Under the pieces are notes generated by a model. That model searched no databases, was not told where the DNA came from, and saw only the letters and a program-made list of their open reading frames with translations. Positions 13,599-26,848 of a DNA stretch of 64,000 nucleotides are shown here, one piece after another (the stretch's first letter is position 1; each line of letters starts with the position of its first letter). The DNA lies in the NCBI GenBank assembly GCA_040357565.1, contig JBDODJ010000053.1; one strand, given 5' to 3'. The stretch comes from Cercozoa sp. M6MM (lineage: Eukaryota; Protista; Endomyxa: Ascetosporea). The position numbers and the translations under genes are program-made.

Positions 13599-16581
13599 GT
13601 GTGTGCGTGTGTGTATGTGCACCTTGTTCTCTGTCCAAGCAGACAGGGCCACGCACTCGACATGGTGGTCGACATCACGTGCGACATCGAAGGCTCGGTG
13701 GAGGCGCTGTCGCACAGCACGCAGATCGAGGCGCCTTTCTTCACCTACAATCCGGCCACCGGCAAGGAGAGCGCCGGCGTCACCGGCAAGGGCACCTGCT
13801 TCCTGGCAGGTGGGTATGCAGATACGGCCTGTCGTATCCCCAGAGAGAGGTGATTGTGCACATGCTATGCTTGGGCAGTGGACAACCTGCCGACCGAGCT
13901 GCCGAAGGAAGCGTCCGAGTCCTTCTCCAATGCGCTGACGCCGCTTGTTCCGGGTACATTTGGACCGTGTGTTTGGACTGTGCATTTGGACTGTACATTT
14001 GGGACAGGACTGGCCCAGTGGCAGCTGTCGCCGGAACTCTCCAAGGCGCTGATCACGCACGAGAATGCGCTGACCGACGACTTTGACTACATCACCGAGT
14101 TGCGCAAGCACGTCAAGGCCACGCCGGTCTTCCTGCCGTCCACTCGGTACCGGTTGTACCTCTGTGTTGTACTTGTCCCAATGTACATTTGTACTGCGAC
14201 AGACGCGTGGTCGTCCTGGGCTCTGGTATGGTGTCGGCCCCTCTGATCGAGTACCTGCGAGGTGAGCACTACGACGTGACCATTGTGTCCGACGATGTCG
14301 ATGCGCGCAAGCTGCTCGCCAAACGGTAGTCTTTCTTCTCTCTCTGCCTTGTGTAGTTCGACTGTGTATGTGTACCTTTTGAGCACAGGTACGGCTGCTC
14401 GCAGGTGCATCTGCGAGTTGGCACCGACGACAAGCTGTTGCAGAAGGTAGTGTGGCCATGTGTATCTGTATAGATAAGGCGTGTGTATGTTGTGCAACAG
14501 TTGGTACGAGAGCACGATGCAGTGGTGTCGTTGCTGCCTGCGACGGCTCATGTGGTACCTTCTTGCCCCCTCCCAGGTGCCCTCTTTACTCTTTTGGTGT
14601 TGCACAGGAGGTCGCCAAGAAGTGTGTCGAGAACAAGCGGCACCTCATTACGGTAGACTACTTGTGTGCGTGTTCTCACACTTACCTCCCGTATGGTCTT
14701 GTTGTTCCACAGGCCTCATACGTGTCGGACGGCATGCAAGGTCTGCATGAGCAAGCCCAGGCACAAGGCATTGCCCTCATCAACGAGGTCGGCTTGGACC
14801 CTGGTACGTCGGCCCTTGTGCGTGCGTGTGTGTGTGTGTTGCATTGTCGTTGTGGCGATGCAGGACTGGACCACATGTCGGCCCAGCAGGTGATCGACCA
14901 CGTCAAGATGCAAGGCGGCCGTGTGCTCTCGTTCGAGTCGCTCTGCGGCGGTCTGCCGGCGCCGGCCTTTTCCGACAATGCCTTGCAGTATGTCTCGGCT
15001 TTGCTGTCTGTTGTCTGTACTGATTTGGGTGCTGTGCTTTGACAGGTACAAGTTCAGTTGGAGTCCGCGTGGTACTTTCAATGCATGTGACCGTTTAGGC
15101 GCTGGTTGCTACACACCTTTTTGCTTAGGTGTGCTGACTGCTGCCACCAACGCTGCACAGTTCCTGCGGTACCCTTGCATTTTGTATTCACGTCTCTAGG
15201 TGGGTACCCATACATGTGTATGTGCGCAGACAAGGACAGGTGCTTCAAGTGCCCGGCAGTGACTTGCTGTCGCACGCAACGCCCATCACTATTGGTACTC
15301 TTCTTGCGAATGTGTGTGTGAGTGTACCTGTCTGAATTATCTATTGACGACGACAAACGCTACCATATGTAGGCGGCATGAAGTTGGAACACATCCCAAA
15401 CCGCAACTCTCTGCCCTACGGTACCAAGTCACTTGCAATTGTGGTCAGTGCGAACATGCGTTTCTGCAGGCAAGGTGTACGGCATCGAGGATGCGCACAC
15501 TGTGTTCCGTGGTAACTAGTCTTGCTTTCATGTGAAAGTAGCAAACGTAGTGTCTACTTTAACAGGCACGCTGCGCTACGAGGGCACCTGTCGCCTGATG
15601 CACGCGTTTGCCAAGTGTCAGTTGCTGTCGCAAGAGTCGCTGCCGGAGGTTCATCTCTTTTTTTTTGTGTTAGTTACGAGGTGGTTTCATTAATGGGTGT
15701 TTCAAAGGGCACGACTTGGCGCGAGTTCCTGTCCAAGCAGAACGTTGATGAAGTCGCCAAGGAGGTACCTTGTTCTCACACACGTGCTTTCCGCGTTTGT
15801 TATTTGTTCGCTTTGTAGGCGTTGGACTCCTTCGGTGTCTGGGACAGCGACCTGGTGTGTTTGTTTGTAACACATATATGTGTACCCTATGGGGTCTGCC
15901 GAGCAGGAGATGACGGAGACGCCGCTGGACTCGTTGTGCGCTGTGCTGTTGCAGCAGCTCGCCTATGCGCCTGGTATGTCACTAACTTGTATCCGCGCGG
16001 ATGCTGTGTTGGCACTCTTGAATAACATCGCTGCAGGTGAGGAGGACATGTGCGTCATGCAGCATCGTTTCGAGGTCGAGGACAAGGCCGGCCAGAAGTC
16101 TCTCATCACGTCGTCTCTCGTGCACACTGGTGCCTTCGGAAACCCACCACATTTTCACTTTTAAAGAGTGTGGCAGACTTCTCTGTTCGCAGGTGTTGTC
16201 GGTGACATCGAGAAGCACTCTTCCATGGCTCTGACGGTACCTTTGCATGTGCCTACTGGTCTGTCTTGTGTACCGGTATTTGTCGACAGGTCGGCATGCC
16301 AACGGCAATCGCGACGGACCTCTTGTTGAAGGAGTGCATGTCTCGCCGGTATCCCGTGTTTTCGTTTTGCCTTTCTTATGGGTCCTGGGGGCGCATGCTA
16401 AACCTATATGGGTGCGCGTTTAGTGGTGTGGTGCTGCCGAACCGTGCTGACCTGTACGAGCCCATTCTCGGACGCATGGCCGCTGCTGGTACCTACGTCT
16501 TAGGATAAAGACGTTGGGTACGTTTCGATATTTGTGTTTTTTGCAGGTGTCGAGTTCCAGGAGGAAGTGCATGCATTGTAA
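11435..16581 (+). CDS. AASS: Bifunctional lysine-ketoglutarate reductase/saccharopine dehydrogenase (alpha-aminoadipic semialdehyde synthase), multi-exon
   Basis: MRGNGVVGILRE-VKNKWERRVPLVP, FSHTIKAQP-ENMPFLD, RLVAFG-EYAGLAGMVDGLRG, DITCDIEGS, VDNLPTELPKEASESFS, VVLGSGMVSAP, NEVGLDPGLDHMSA, SFESLCGGLP, YKFSWSPRG, GTLRYEG; ends EVHAL*. Confidence 0.95.
13490..13619 (+). repeat. Intronic (TG)n microsatellite with 10-N gap (AASS)
   Basis: Seen directly. Confidence 0.95.
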
Positions 16582-17286
16582 CCACGCTCACGGTAACGTA
16601 AGACGACGCAAAGAATTCAAGATTCGATTTATTTTGCGTTGAGCTAACGAAGTAACGTCTCGTCACGTCAGCGCAGTGTTCCGCAGTTATACAATGAACT
16701 GTGAATTAACAAAAATCCATGGGAGGCATAGTCGCAATTAACGCGTACATGGAAATTTGAGTATGGCTCACCCCCTCATAAATTTCGAATTCGGTGCAGC
16801 CCGAAGGCTTGCTGAGGGCAATTGAAAAGAACAGCCCAAGCACTATCACGGCAGAACGTATCAAGTGCGAAGGGACAAGAGCTCCGTAGAAGGAAGCTGG
16901 AGAAGAGATACCTGCAGTCAAAGTGCGTGAGCTGTAGAAAGCTTGACCCAAGCTAGGAAGTCAGGTCTGCACAACACTGGGCAATGCAAGGTAGAAGCCT
17001 CAGGATGTAATGCAGGAGATACCCGACCTACGCGAGCGAAACAAATCCTTCACTAACCATACTGGTTCAGATTTGATCGTCCGCGCTGACTGTTTGACGA
17101 GAAACGCTATGCCGTAACAACTATCGTACATACTTGGTTTCCTAGAAGACTCAACTAACTAACTCGACTAGCGTAGGCTTGCCTACTGAAGCGAGGTAAG
17201 GTGGACGCGAAACCACTACATGCGCATTGGATTTCCACGACCGGACGGCCCTGCACAGGCATGTTTGCGTTGCTACGCTAGTGGAC

Positions 17287-18066
17287 TCAGTTGTTTTGAT
17301 TCTTCTGTGAGACAGAGACTTCGGGAGTTTGAACGCCGACCATCGTGTGTGCATTCTCTCCAAACTGAATTCGCCCCAACAGTATAAGTTGAGAACATCT
17401 CCAGTGTAACCAAAGAAGAGTGTACGTGCGAGCGCAGCAACGAATGCCACTTCCACTGCAGGACGTGCGTGTTGTTGAATGAATCAGTGCCTGTCAGGTT
17501 TGCGCGCAGCCACTGGTACCTGCGAACACAGGTATCAGATTCGACACACATACATACGGTTAAAAGCAATGATACTGCTCGGACTTGGCCTTGATCGTTG
17601 CGTTTGTTCGCTCAGCACGCGCGGTGGCAAGAATGGTTTGAGCCTGTGGAATACACAAGGGCGCGTAAGCCACACAGCACAACAGCAAGGTAGGTACGCA
17701 CCTGAGCAGAGTACTGCGTCTCAACGTTCTTGATTTCCGCATTGGCTTCTGCAGGCACAGGCGTTTATACGGTACTTTAGTATAAGTGGGGGCACGTACC
17801 AGCATCGACAGTATCGATACGGCGACGCACGATGGCACTGCGGACAGCACAGTAGAGAGACGAAACTGTACGGATCAGAAAAGGTACGCAGCGTTTTCAT
17901 TCGTGACGCGCTTGTTTGTCTCCGCCTAGGGCACGCATTCGGCATACACGCAAACGGGGCAAAAGTGCTTTGAGTGACATACCGTGACAAGCTTCTCGAT
18001 CACCTTGTTCTCAACCGACGAGTCGAAACGCGCGTACACTGCAGCACGAGATACTCTCAGTTGTTT

Positions 18067-18116
<50 letters not shown>

Positions 18117-18126
18117 NNNNNNNNNN

Positions 18127-18176
<50 letters not shown>

Positions 18177-19302
18177 AGACACAGACACAGACACAGACAC
18201 AGACACACAGCGTCAAAATAATCGCACCCGTGAGACCGACAAAGTCAGACCAGAGATTGTCCAGGACACGAGTGGCGGCAATGGACAGGTAGTCGTGCAC
18301 GCAATCTCTGAATGGGATACACAGAGATTGGAGATGTGGCCTGTGTGTCTGTACAGACAGACCAGGTGTTACCGGTCTTGGAAGAAGACTTCGTACAGAG
18401 CAGTGCCATTGCTGCTGCCACTTCCTGTGTGCAACGAACGCTTGATACCTCGCATACTTTCCGTCGGACACAAAGAAAAACAAACCAACGTCAGTGGTGC
18501 CAAAGCAGGCCAGCTTAAAGTCGTCTGAATCCAGCGAATTCTTGAACTCGGCCTGCAGTCGCGTCTCGATCTGCGTCGTGTGGGCAGGCAATGTCGGGTA
18601 GTTTTGGTACCTAACGCGTTGAGAATGATGGAAAGACAGAGAGCGTACAGAACAGGAATCTGTACAGGTCGTAAATCGTGTCCTTGCGCAGCTTGTACAG
18701 CACGTCCACTTCGACACTGTATGCGTACACATGCATGATTAATGAAGCGCACACAAGCAGGGCAGGGTACTCAATGACCGACTCTTGCAGGTACAGGTTC
18801 ACCGCAGTGCTGTCGCACCCTGCAAAAATCAAACAAACATGTGCCAACAATGTCAGGGGTGGCAGCAGCGATAAGACAAGTATGTACCACCCGTGTTGCA
18901 GAAACGCAGAATCTGCACGGTGCGCGGGAACTTGATGAACTTGTGGTCTAAACGGCATCCAGACGTTAGCAGATACAAAAGGCAGGTACATATATGCCAT
19001 CGAGTACCCACGCCAATAAAGTAGCGGCCATCAGTGTAGGTCTTGTTCTCGATGTTGACGCCAACAGAGTCATATTTGAGACCGTACTCAAGTGGGTCAA
19101 TCGTGCGGAATGAGAATGCAATCAAGAAGATAGCAACAATCAGACCCACGCAAAAGAAACCGCCCTACAAAGCGACAAACAGACCTAGACACGTCCACCA
19201 AGGAAAACGAGCGACAGAAAAATTACCAAAAATCTCTTTCCATTCTCGTTCCTGCCAGAAATACACAGGGGTTTGCATCATAAGTTCATGCACACCCGAC
19301 AT
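17287..19302 (-). CDS. SPFH/band-7 (prohibitin-like) membrane protein, multi-exon
   Basis: N-terminal TM (GLIVAIFLIAFSF) followed by TIDPLEYGLKYD, GRYFIGVG-HKFIKFPRTVQIL, VEVDVLYKL, and a C-terminal coiled coil AEANAEIKNV..AQTILATARAE. Confidence 0.7.
18068..18209 (-). repeat. Intronic (TG)n/(TGTGTC)n microsatellite with gap (SPFH gene)
   Basis: (CA)n on +, i.e. UG on the sense strand. Confidence 0.95.
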
Positions 19303-19604
19303 CTTCGTAGATCTTAACATCGTACATTCAATAAAGGAAACACCGTACATTATGATCGACGACAGCCAGCCTTTGAGCCAGAAAGCTTGCCTTGATGCAA
19401 CAGATGACAGATGACCCAGAGCCTCTGCCCTTGGTTAATCAGTCAATAACTAGAGTCCGCCTGCCGTACAGTGGAGCTTGTCTGCGGCAAATGCAGCTGA
19501 ACGAGAGACGATCAATCATCCAAGTTCTCATGCACCCTTAACAAAAAAAGCAGATTCGTCAAGCCATCTCAGGTGCAATCCACACAAGTGTGTGCATATT
19601 CTTG

Positions 19605-22600
19605 ATGCGTGTGGTAAAGGCCGGCTGGCTTGGCAAGGTAAACTATTCTTGTTTTCTGGAATCTGCGTTGGAGGCTGTTTCGGCCTGGTGCAAATCATGC
19701 ACCAAAACAGGTGCACCCTCTGGCAATAGTCAGATATCTGGCCTGAACCCTTGTCATTTGTGTGGTCGCTTGTGCGTTACTGAAACTGAAAGGGCTGATT
19801 GGCTTTTTTTGCAGCGCGGCAAATTGCGCCGATCATGGCGCCGTCGGTATTCCTCGATTTACAAGTTCTCGATAAGGCGTCAGAACATGGGTTGAGTATT
19901 CCTGTGTTTCTGCCCGCAGCTGGTTCGAGCTTCGTGACGATGTGTCGCTGCAGTTCTTTTCCGATGCTACGAAATCGGTACATTTTTCAGTTCATTCCGA
20001 ACGACGATTGCTCTCATATGCGGTGGCATTGGATTACGCCTCAGAGGCTACTCGGCACGCTGGACCTGAAAAACTGCCGGGCGTTGACCCCTGCCAAGGA
20101 TGAGCAGGAAGCACAGCCGGTAATGCCTGAGCTTTTTTCGTGTCAGATTGATTGGTTTCAACCGATTCCTGCACAGCACGTGCTGCACGTGTGCACGACA
20201 TCGCGCGAGTGGATTCTGGCCGCCGATTCTGAAGCCTCTCTTATGTACACATGTACCGCTGTGTGCTGATCGATGATGCTAAGCTGATTGATGTGCTCAG
20301 TGAGTGGAGGGACGCCATTGCAGAGCTAGTGGGTGGCGCTCGTCGTGTTTTACCGACAAACTACGGTATTTTCTGCAGACATTATGATCGTACTGTGGGT
20401 ACATCTTTGCGCTAACGTTTAACAGGTGTGCTTCGCAAGCGAGGCGCTGTCAACAACGCCTGGCGCACGCGTCGGTGCGTCTGTTGCTGTCCTCGTGTTG
20501 CGCACTGAGTGTCTGGTTGTCCAATGAGTGCAGGTTCGTGCTGGCACACGGTTTCTTGCATTACTTCGCCGACAGCGTAACTTTCTCCAAACGATCTTAA
20601 CTGCCCAAAGTGTCAGATTAACGTTGCTTGTTGATGTGGCAGACGACGCGCGACATGGTCGTAGAATCCGTGTTCTTTGACGCCGAGACGTTCAAGGTCT
20701 GTTTTATGCTCGAGTTGTTCTGCCACGTGATTGCCCTGCTGGTAGACGACGTTTTTGGCCAACGTCCGTGGTTCCATGGCGCTTGCTGAAGCCACCGTCG
20801 ACACTGACTCTGAGGTGAGTGCTGCCCTGTTGCCGTTTGCACACCTTTGCATGTGTGTATTTCCTTTTGTAGGATGTGGAAGACCCGGAAACCGACTTCT
20901 GCTTGCGCACCGAGAAGCGCGTGTACCTTTGTTATTCGCTCATCTATCTAAACTTGTACCGTGTGCGCGATTAGCTACTACTTGCGTGCGAAAGACAAGG
21001 TTCAGCGAGAAGAGGTGCGCAAGAGCACTCTTTCTTTTTCATGCTGCAGGTTCACCCTTGTGTTTTGTCTGACAGTGGATTCGAATTCTTCACAAAGCTG
21101 TGCGCATTGCTACATACAACAAGGTGCGTTTTTGTCGATTTTTTTTGAGTCTTTCCTGCGTACTAGTAATTCATTGATGCAGAGAGGCGAAACGCCACCC
21201 GAGGAAGGTACTGTGGTCGCGCCAGGTGCAGTCTTTTGGTGTTACATGTGCGCGTGGTATAGCCGATGTTGAGGTTGACATGGACGCGCTGCCACGGTCG
21301 CCAAAAGGACCACGTACGCTGCACACATAGCTGTGTTTTACTGGTATGCATATGTCTGTGCTTTTTGCAGGTCCAGCAGCGATGCGTACGCGCATGTCAC
21401 TCGTGCACCTCGAGTTGCTTGATGACGACACACGACGTGTCGTTGTACTTTCTCTTTGTCACCTTTGATTGGAACGGACCGAGTTAGATGCACGCAATAC
21501 CTAGAACAAAATACGCGCTCGTGAGCAAATGCGACGCGCCGCCTCTGCTGCCGTACCCTTGGTTTTGTCACTCGGTTTCTTGCTGAACTAATTATCACAT
21601 AGGCGGTGGCGGCCGACCTGACTCTCAGCAACATTGCCGAGGCAGAGGTACTCCTTGCTGCGCGTGCGTCTATGTGTGTGTGTATGTGTATGCACACTGC
21701 TGTTAAGGAGAAGGAAGACGAAGAGAGCGACGAGGAGGAGGTCGAGGAGGTCGAGCAGACCGCTGTCGACGCGACGCAGGGCAGCGAGATGGTGGATGAG
21801 AGCAATGTTGAGGTAGCGCGAAACCTCTTTTTGACAGCATTTGTGCAACTGTCGCGTTGTAGAAGCAGGATGTGAAACAGGACGTGCCCACTCTTGATGT
21901 ACGATAGCAGTTCTTCGTCACTTCTTGTGTCAAGTGTAATGTGCATTTTGTTCTGTGCAGGAGAATGACAATATTGACGACAGCAATGACGACGAGGACA
22001 TTGACAGTGACAGGCACCACGAAGAGGATCAGGACAAGAGTGACAGCGCCAATGGCGACAACGAGGAGGATCAATCTAAGAGTAACGATCAGGACAAGAC
22101 TGGCCTCGAGGAAGAGAACGATGCGAAAGAAGGCGAAGAAGATGTGAGCGCCGGCACTGCGCAGGTATGCCGCTGCTGACATTTGCCTTATTGTACCGAT
22201 TTCAATGCGAAACGAGTTATGCTTGCAGGACGAGGAAGCCGGCGGAGACGAAGACCGAAAGCAGCGCAAACAACGACTGATGCAGGAAATGATGTCACTC
22301 GCTGGCGTCAATCCTGTCGCCGCCGCTGGTACACATTTCATCCACTTCTTTAGGTCGTTTTTGGTGTGTACGCGCTTGCACCCTGTTGTCCCGCCAGGCA
22401 CGCGCGCTCGAAAGAAGTCATCGACTTACGACCCTACTCTTGCTTCCAAGTACCTTCCTCATTGCCTTTGTTTTCATCCATCAGTGCATGCTTCTGGTTG
22501 AACAGACGGCGCGAACTGCAGAAGCAACGACAGGAGGAGCAGGAAATCGCTCTGCGCGAGTTTATTCGAGTACAGTTTGGTGTCACGTTCGACGCGTGAA

Positions 22601-23136
22601 ATGTGCATGTGTGACTTCCCTTGCAGAACACGAGCCAAGGCGTCGCCTTTGTTAAACATGGCAAGCGCGGCAAGCCGCACAAGCGCATTGTGACGCTCGA
22701 CATGCAGAACGAGAGAATCACATGGGGCGACGATCCCGAGAAGTCGCTGCCGCTGCTCGACGTTCGATCGGTTCAGGTAATAGTGTCTGCTTCTACTTCG
22801 TATTTTGTCACATTTTTGAGCTTGGCAGGTGGGCAAAAAGACGGAAGTGTTCAAGCGGTCTGTCGCTTCTTTGGTATGTTTTTTACCGCGACTCTGCTCG
22901 CACCAAATGCATGCATGCACTTCTTGCCTTCTGAAGGTTCCGGCGAATTGCTGTTTCTCTCTTATGGGCGAACGTCGCACACTCGATCTCCAGGTGTGTG
23001 TGCCTATCGCTCGCGACTCAATCATTGTCTTATGACTTCGCTTTTTTAGGCCGTCAACGCCGAGACGGCGGAACAATGGGTCTCGCAACTCCGGCTACTC
23101 GTAAAACAAGTGCGTAGTGGCACTCACGCGCAGTAA
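19605..23136 (+). CDS. Protein with two N-terminal PH domains, a long acidic linker and a C-terminal PLC-type PH domain
   Basis: PH1 MRVVKAGWLGK-RGKLRRSWRRR-WFEL..EWILAADS..EWRDAI; PH2 GVLRKRGAVNNAWRTR-RFVL..YYLRAKD..WIRIL; PH3 FVKHGKRGKPHKR..VRSVQ-VGKKTEVFKR..CCFSLMGERRTLDL..EQWVSQLRLL. Confidence 0.8.
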
Positions 23137-23348
23137 ACCGATTGCAAATTAGTAGATTAGTGGTCGTTTGCTGTTTGATGCTATTTTTTAAGTTTTTATT
23201 TAAGGGCGCTCCCAGTTATTTTTTGGTGGAATTCCAAAACAGCGTGCTAGGAGCGCCTTTTAAGAACCGTGGGCACCTGTGAGCTACCTAGCACACGTAG
23301 TCAGTGGAGGATTTTGGCCTTTGCTAGTTCTAAGGACAGGCGGAGCGC

Positions 23349-25570
23349 ATGAGGAGAAACCGCGTGGGTCGAAACAATGGCCCGTTTGGCAGCATGCGTG
23401 ATGTACGTGTTCGCATTGTGTTACCGAACGGACGCTTCTTGGACGGAAAATTTCACCCCAGCGTAGCTGTCTCCCATTTGTAATGCACATGGCATCTGCA
23501 GCACTGGTCATTCACAGAAGTCGTTGTGGCACTGTTTGGACGTGTTGGAACGCCGGCATGGCGTCAATCTCACCAAGGCATTCTTTTGTTCCGTGTGTTG
23601 ATTGAGCGTGGGTGATGTGTGGTGACAGGTGACCCATGAGGGTAAGTACCAAGCACCGTGCCTTGAAGTCCTGGCCTCAAAGCGCCGCTTCGACGGCATT
23701 GACACTCTAGCCAAAACACGAGTGAAAACAGTCGCCGTCGCTGGTGGCACTAAGATGCAGCTGCACTTTCTGCCGACACATGAGTCGATCGACTCCGTTG
23801 TGTTTCCGGTGCTTTCGTCCTCCGGTGTGTCCTCTGTTGTATTTGTGGAATGGTATCATTGTGCAGGGCGAAGAAGCGCCAGTGCCTCTCTCTGCTGACA
23901 CCATTAAAGTGATGCCTCAACACGTGCGAACGAAGCCAAAGCAATCGGATCCCGAGCATCCAATTGAACGCACCGAGAGGCTGCTTCGCGCACTGCTCGA
24001 CACTGCTCGTAAGTTAACCTGATGACCTTTCATGCGTCGTGCTTGATTCAAAAACTGGGCCCTTGTGACAACAGCTGATCGCAAACAGTGTCTCAGCGCG
24101 GTTCGGGTCATCTGTCGCAATTTGTTGGCCCATCCAAATAAGGTACTTTTAACATGCGATGCTCTTTTGCAGTTTGCACCTTCCCGTTAAAAATAGGACA
24201 AATACCGCACGCTGTCGCTTTCGAACCCCAACCTGCTGCAGCGATTGGGTACGTTGCTGTTTGCGGACACGCTTAAAAACACCTGAACACCTGGTCTGTT
24301 GCATCCTAGCAGGTGACAAAGCCTCCGTGAAGCAGTTTCTTGAGTCGCTCGGCTTCCGCGTGGAGGCAAAGGGATCAATGACAGTTCCGCGTGGAAGCGA
24401 AAATGCAAATGTTCTGCGTGTTACCAGTGACGTTTTGTGTCACACCGTGCAGTGGTACCGTTGTTTTTTTCTACATTTTGTTCAAAACAGAGTGTTTGGA
24501 ATCCCTGATGTCTGGACAGGCACGTGCACAACTACTCCAGGTGGTCACAGCACCACGGCGTTGAAAGGTTTCGTAAACCTCTTAACCTCTTCACTTAGTG
24601 TTATCGTATGTACCCCCTTCCTGCTTGTATAGTCCTTCCGACGAAAGCAGCAACTGTAGTATTGGAACCATTCAAAGCACCGACGCGTCGCTGCTTCGAC
24701 GCGCACGAATCGAAACTGAGGAAGCGCGGGTATCTTTTGCAGTCTGTTTTGCTTGTGTGCGTGCCTGTGTTGTACATCCCATGCTGTAGGTAAGGAAATA
24801 CCCGGATATGTTGATTCCAAAATCGCTTCGACAAGGCACAACCCGAGTACGTCCTGTTCTCGTTGCATTGCAACCAGGATTGCTGCAGTTGCATCTCCTG
24901 TGCAGGTATACTCTCACATCATCGTGCGTGTCGTCGATCGTGCCAATCAGCGAGTGTACGAGGCTTCGTTTTTGCCGCAGGCGACTGAGCATGAAGGCAG
25001 GTCATAAGCAGGGACGGCTTTTGCCAGGAGTGAGGAACGCGTGTGCTTGTGTGCAGTGTGGCGCCAGTTGTCGTACCTGGCTTCGCAACTCCAGCACGCC
25101 GACTCTCTTTTCGAAAGTCTTCGACTGCCGCCCAACACAACTCTGCTCCGAGAGGTACAGTAGGTTTACTGACTGACACAAAACACCTTTGCTACGGAGG
25201 CACAAGTAGGGCACACGCACGCTGCTCGACCTCGGCATGGCACCCTCGGCAACGGTAGTGCTGCAAGCGGCGCCATTCGATTTGTACCGAGAAGTTCAAG
25301 TGGATGCAGACCCTATCATGCAGGTGTGTTGCCCTAACTGCAGCTGCTGTATCTATAGCACGCGTTTTCTGTTTCTAGGTGGCGCATGGACACACAGAGA
25401 CGCCCAAAACAGCAGCAACGGCACAGGTTGACCTGCGTCGACTGCACCAACAGCACGCGCAGAGGGAGGCGCGCCTGAAGCACAACGACGACGCCGGCAG
25501 CAGCAAAAGTGGTGCGTCCGCCACTCGCGGTGCCAGCGGCGGTAGTCGGCGGCCTAAGTGGCTGCGCTAG
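23349..25570 (+). CDS. p97/Cdc48 cofactor: N-terminal ubiquitin-like domain + PUB + C-terminal UBX (TUG/ASPSCR1- or UBXN6-like)
   Basis: VRVRIVLPNGRFLDGKFHP (Ubl/UBX-like); ICRNLLAHPNK-DKYRTLSLSNPNL..QFLESLGF (PUB); YSHIIVRVV..EASFLPQAT..TLLDLGMAPSATVVL (UBX); C-terminal PKWLR* as in TUG/PUX1. Confidence 0.7.
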
Positions 25571-26759
25571 CTCGAGCTCGTCGACCAGTCTTTTTCCAGT
25601 TGAGTCAGTCCAAAACGCTACATCGTACGCTTGCCTGGCTGCAGCGTAGCAAACGACCCGCCCGTATCACCATCATCCTAGCTAGTGTCCTATCAAACAA
25701 TTACAAACCTTGCAAAAGTTATCAAATCATTTTGGAGGGGAACAATAACTACATCAGTGTCTTCCGGCACATCGAAGTGAAGCGAAACGGAATCATCTTT
25801 GCCGACATCGAGAGCAGCGGAACTGCGTCGGAAACTAAATGTAAATTACTCGCGCCAGTGATATCGGAATGCACAAGGACATCCTCTTTTTGCTTCGATG
25901 ATACATCGTAAACCAACCGGTCAGCCTGGGTTCGTCCCCACGGAGACTGCATAATCTGAGTTAGTCTGTCGTGTATCATCCCGCCCGATATAGTACCGTA
26001 TGGTACTCGACTCTTTTTGCACTGTCAGAGCCTGAATTTCTCAAAGGCTTCGGTGACAAGCTAACTAGCGTAATGGGGTGTGGCGGGGTTTTCCGAGGCA
26101 AAGCTGTTACTGTCAACATCAAACAACCTACTCGGCTGACTACTTGCTCCGCGTGGAAGCAACTATCAGTCATGCCAAATAAGAATTGAAGTGTTTTGCT
26201 AAGGTTGAGAGCTGGTAACCTAACAATTGAGTGCTGCCTAGCTTGGCATACCCTGTGTTTGGTAAAGTGGCGAAGCTTGAAACTGCTGCAAGAATTGAAT
26301 AAAGGCCTCTTTCCAATACCAGGTACCTCAGGGATTCTGTGCTTGTTGACACCAAAGCAACTGACTTGCTCTAGCTTGAGCAGGCAAGAGGTTTTTTTTC
26401 TTTTGTTCATCATCGAACAAGCCCCTCAACACTCTCGACTGTAACGACGGCCCTACCTTGGGGTAACCTTCTCTCTTCTGATATCTTTCGATTTATTGAG
26501 ACGTCGAACGAACACTAAATTAAACGACCTTACATTCTTACTTTCTTTAGTCGTTGTCTTCACTGAAATTGACAATCTCTCAATCAACAAAGCCGAACCT
26601 CCCCAAAATATCTACCCCCTTAGCCTCTTTACCCCTTACCCTCTCGATTTGATTCTGATTTTGCCTCGAAAGACCCCGCCATATCCACTTAACGGTAGTA
26701 ATTTTATCGTTTCTTCGCTATCGCATGCAAAATTCCGTTCCGTTTTGACCGTTTGATCA

Positions 26760-26812
26760 GAGTTCACCGGCGCACCCGAGTTCACCGGCGCACCCGAGTT
26801 CACCGGCGCACC
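26760..26812. repeat. 18-bp tandem repeat x3 (GAGTTCACCGGCGCACCC)
   Basis: Three copies directly downstream of the CWC22 stop codon. Confidence 0.9.
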
Positions 26813-26848
26813 TCTGACTTAAATCGCCATCACGTTGTTTGAATTTGC

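Noticed and set aside
13120-14459. ORFs with CVCVCV/HTHTHT tracts here and elsewhere
   Set aside because: Translations of intronic (TG)n microsatellites, some crossing N gaps.
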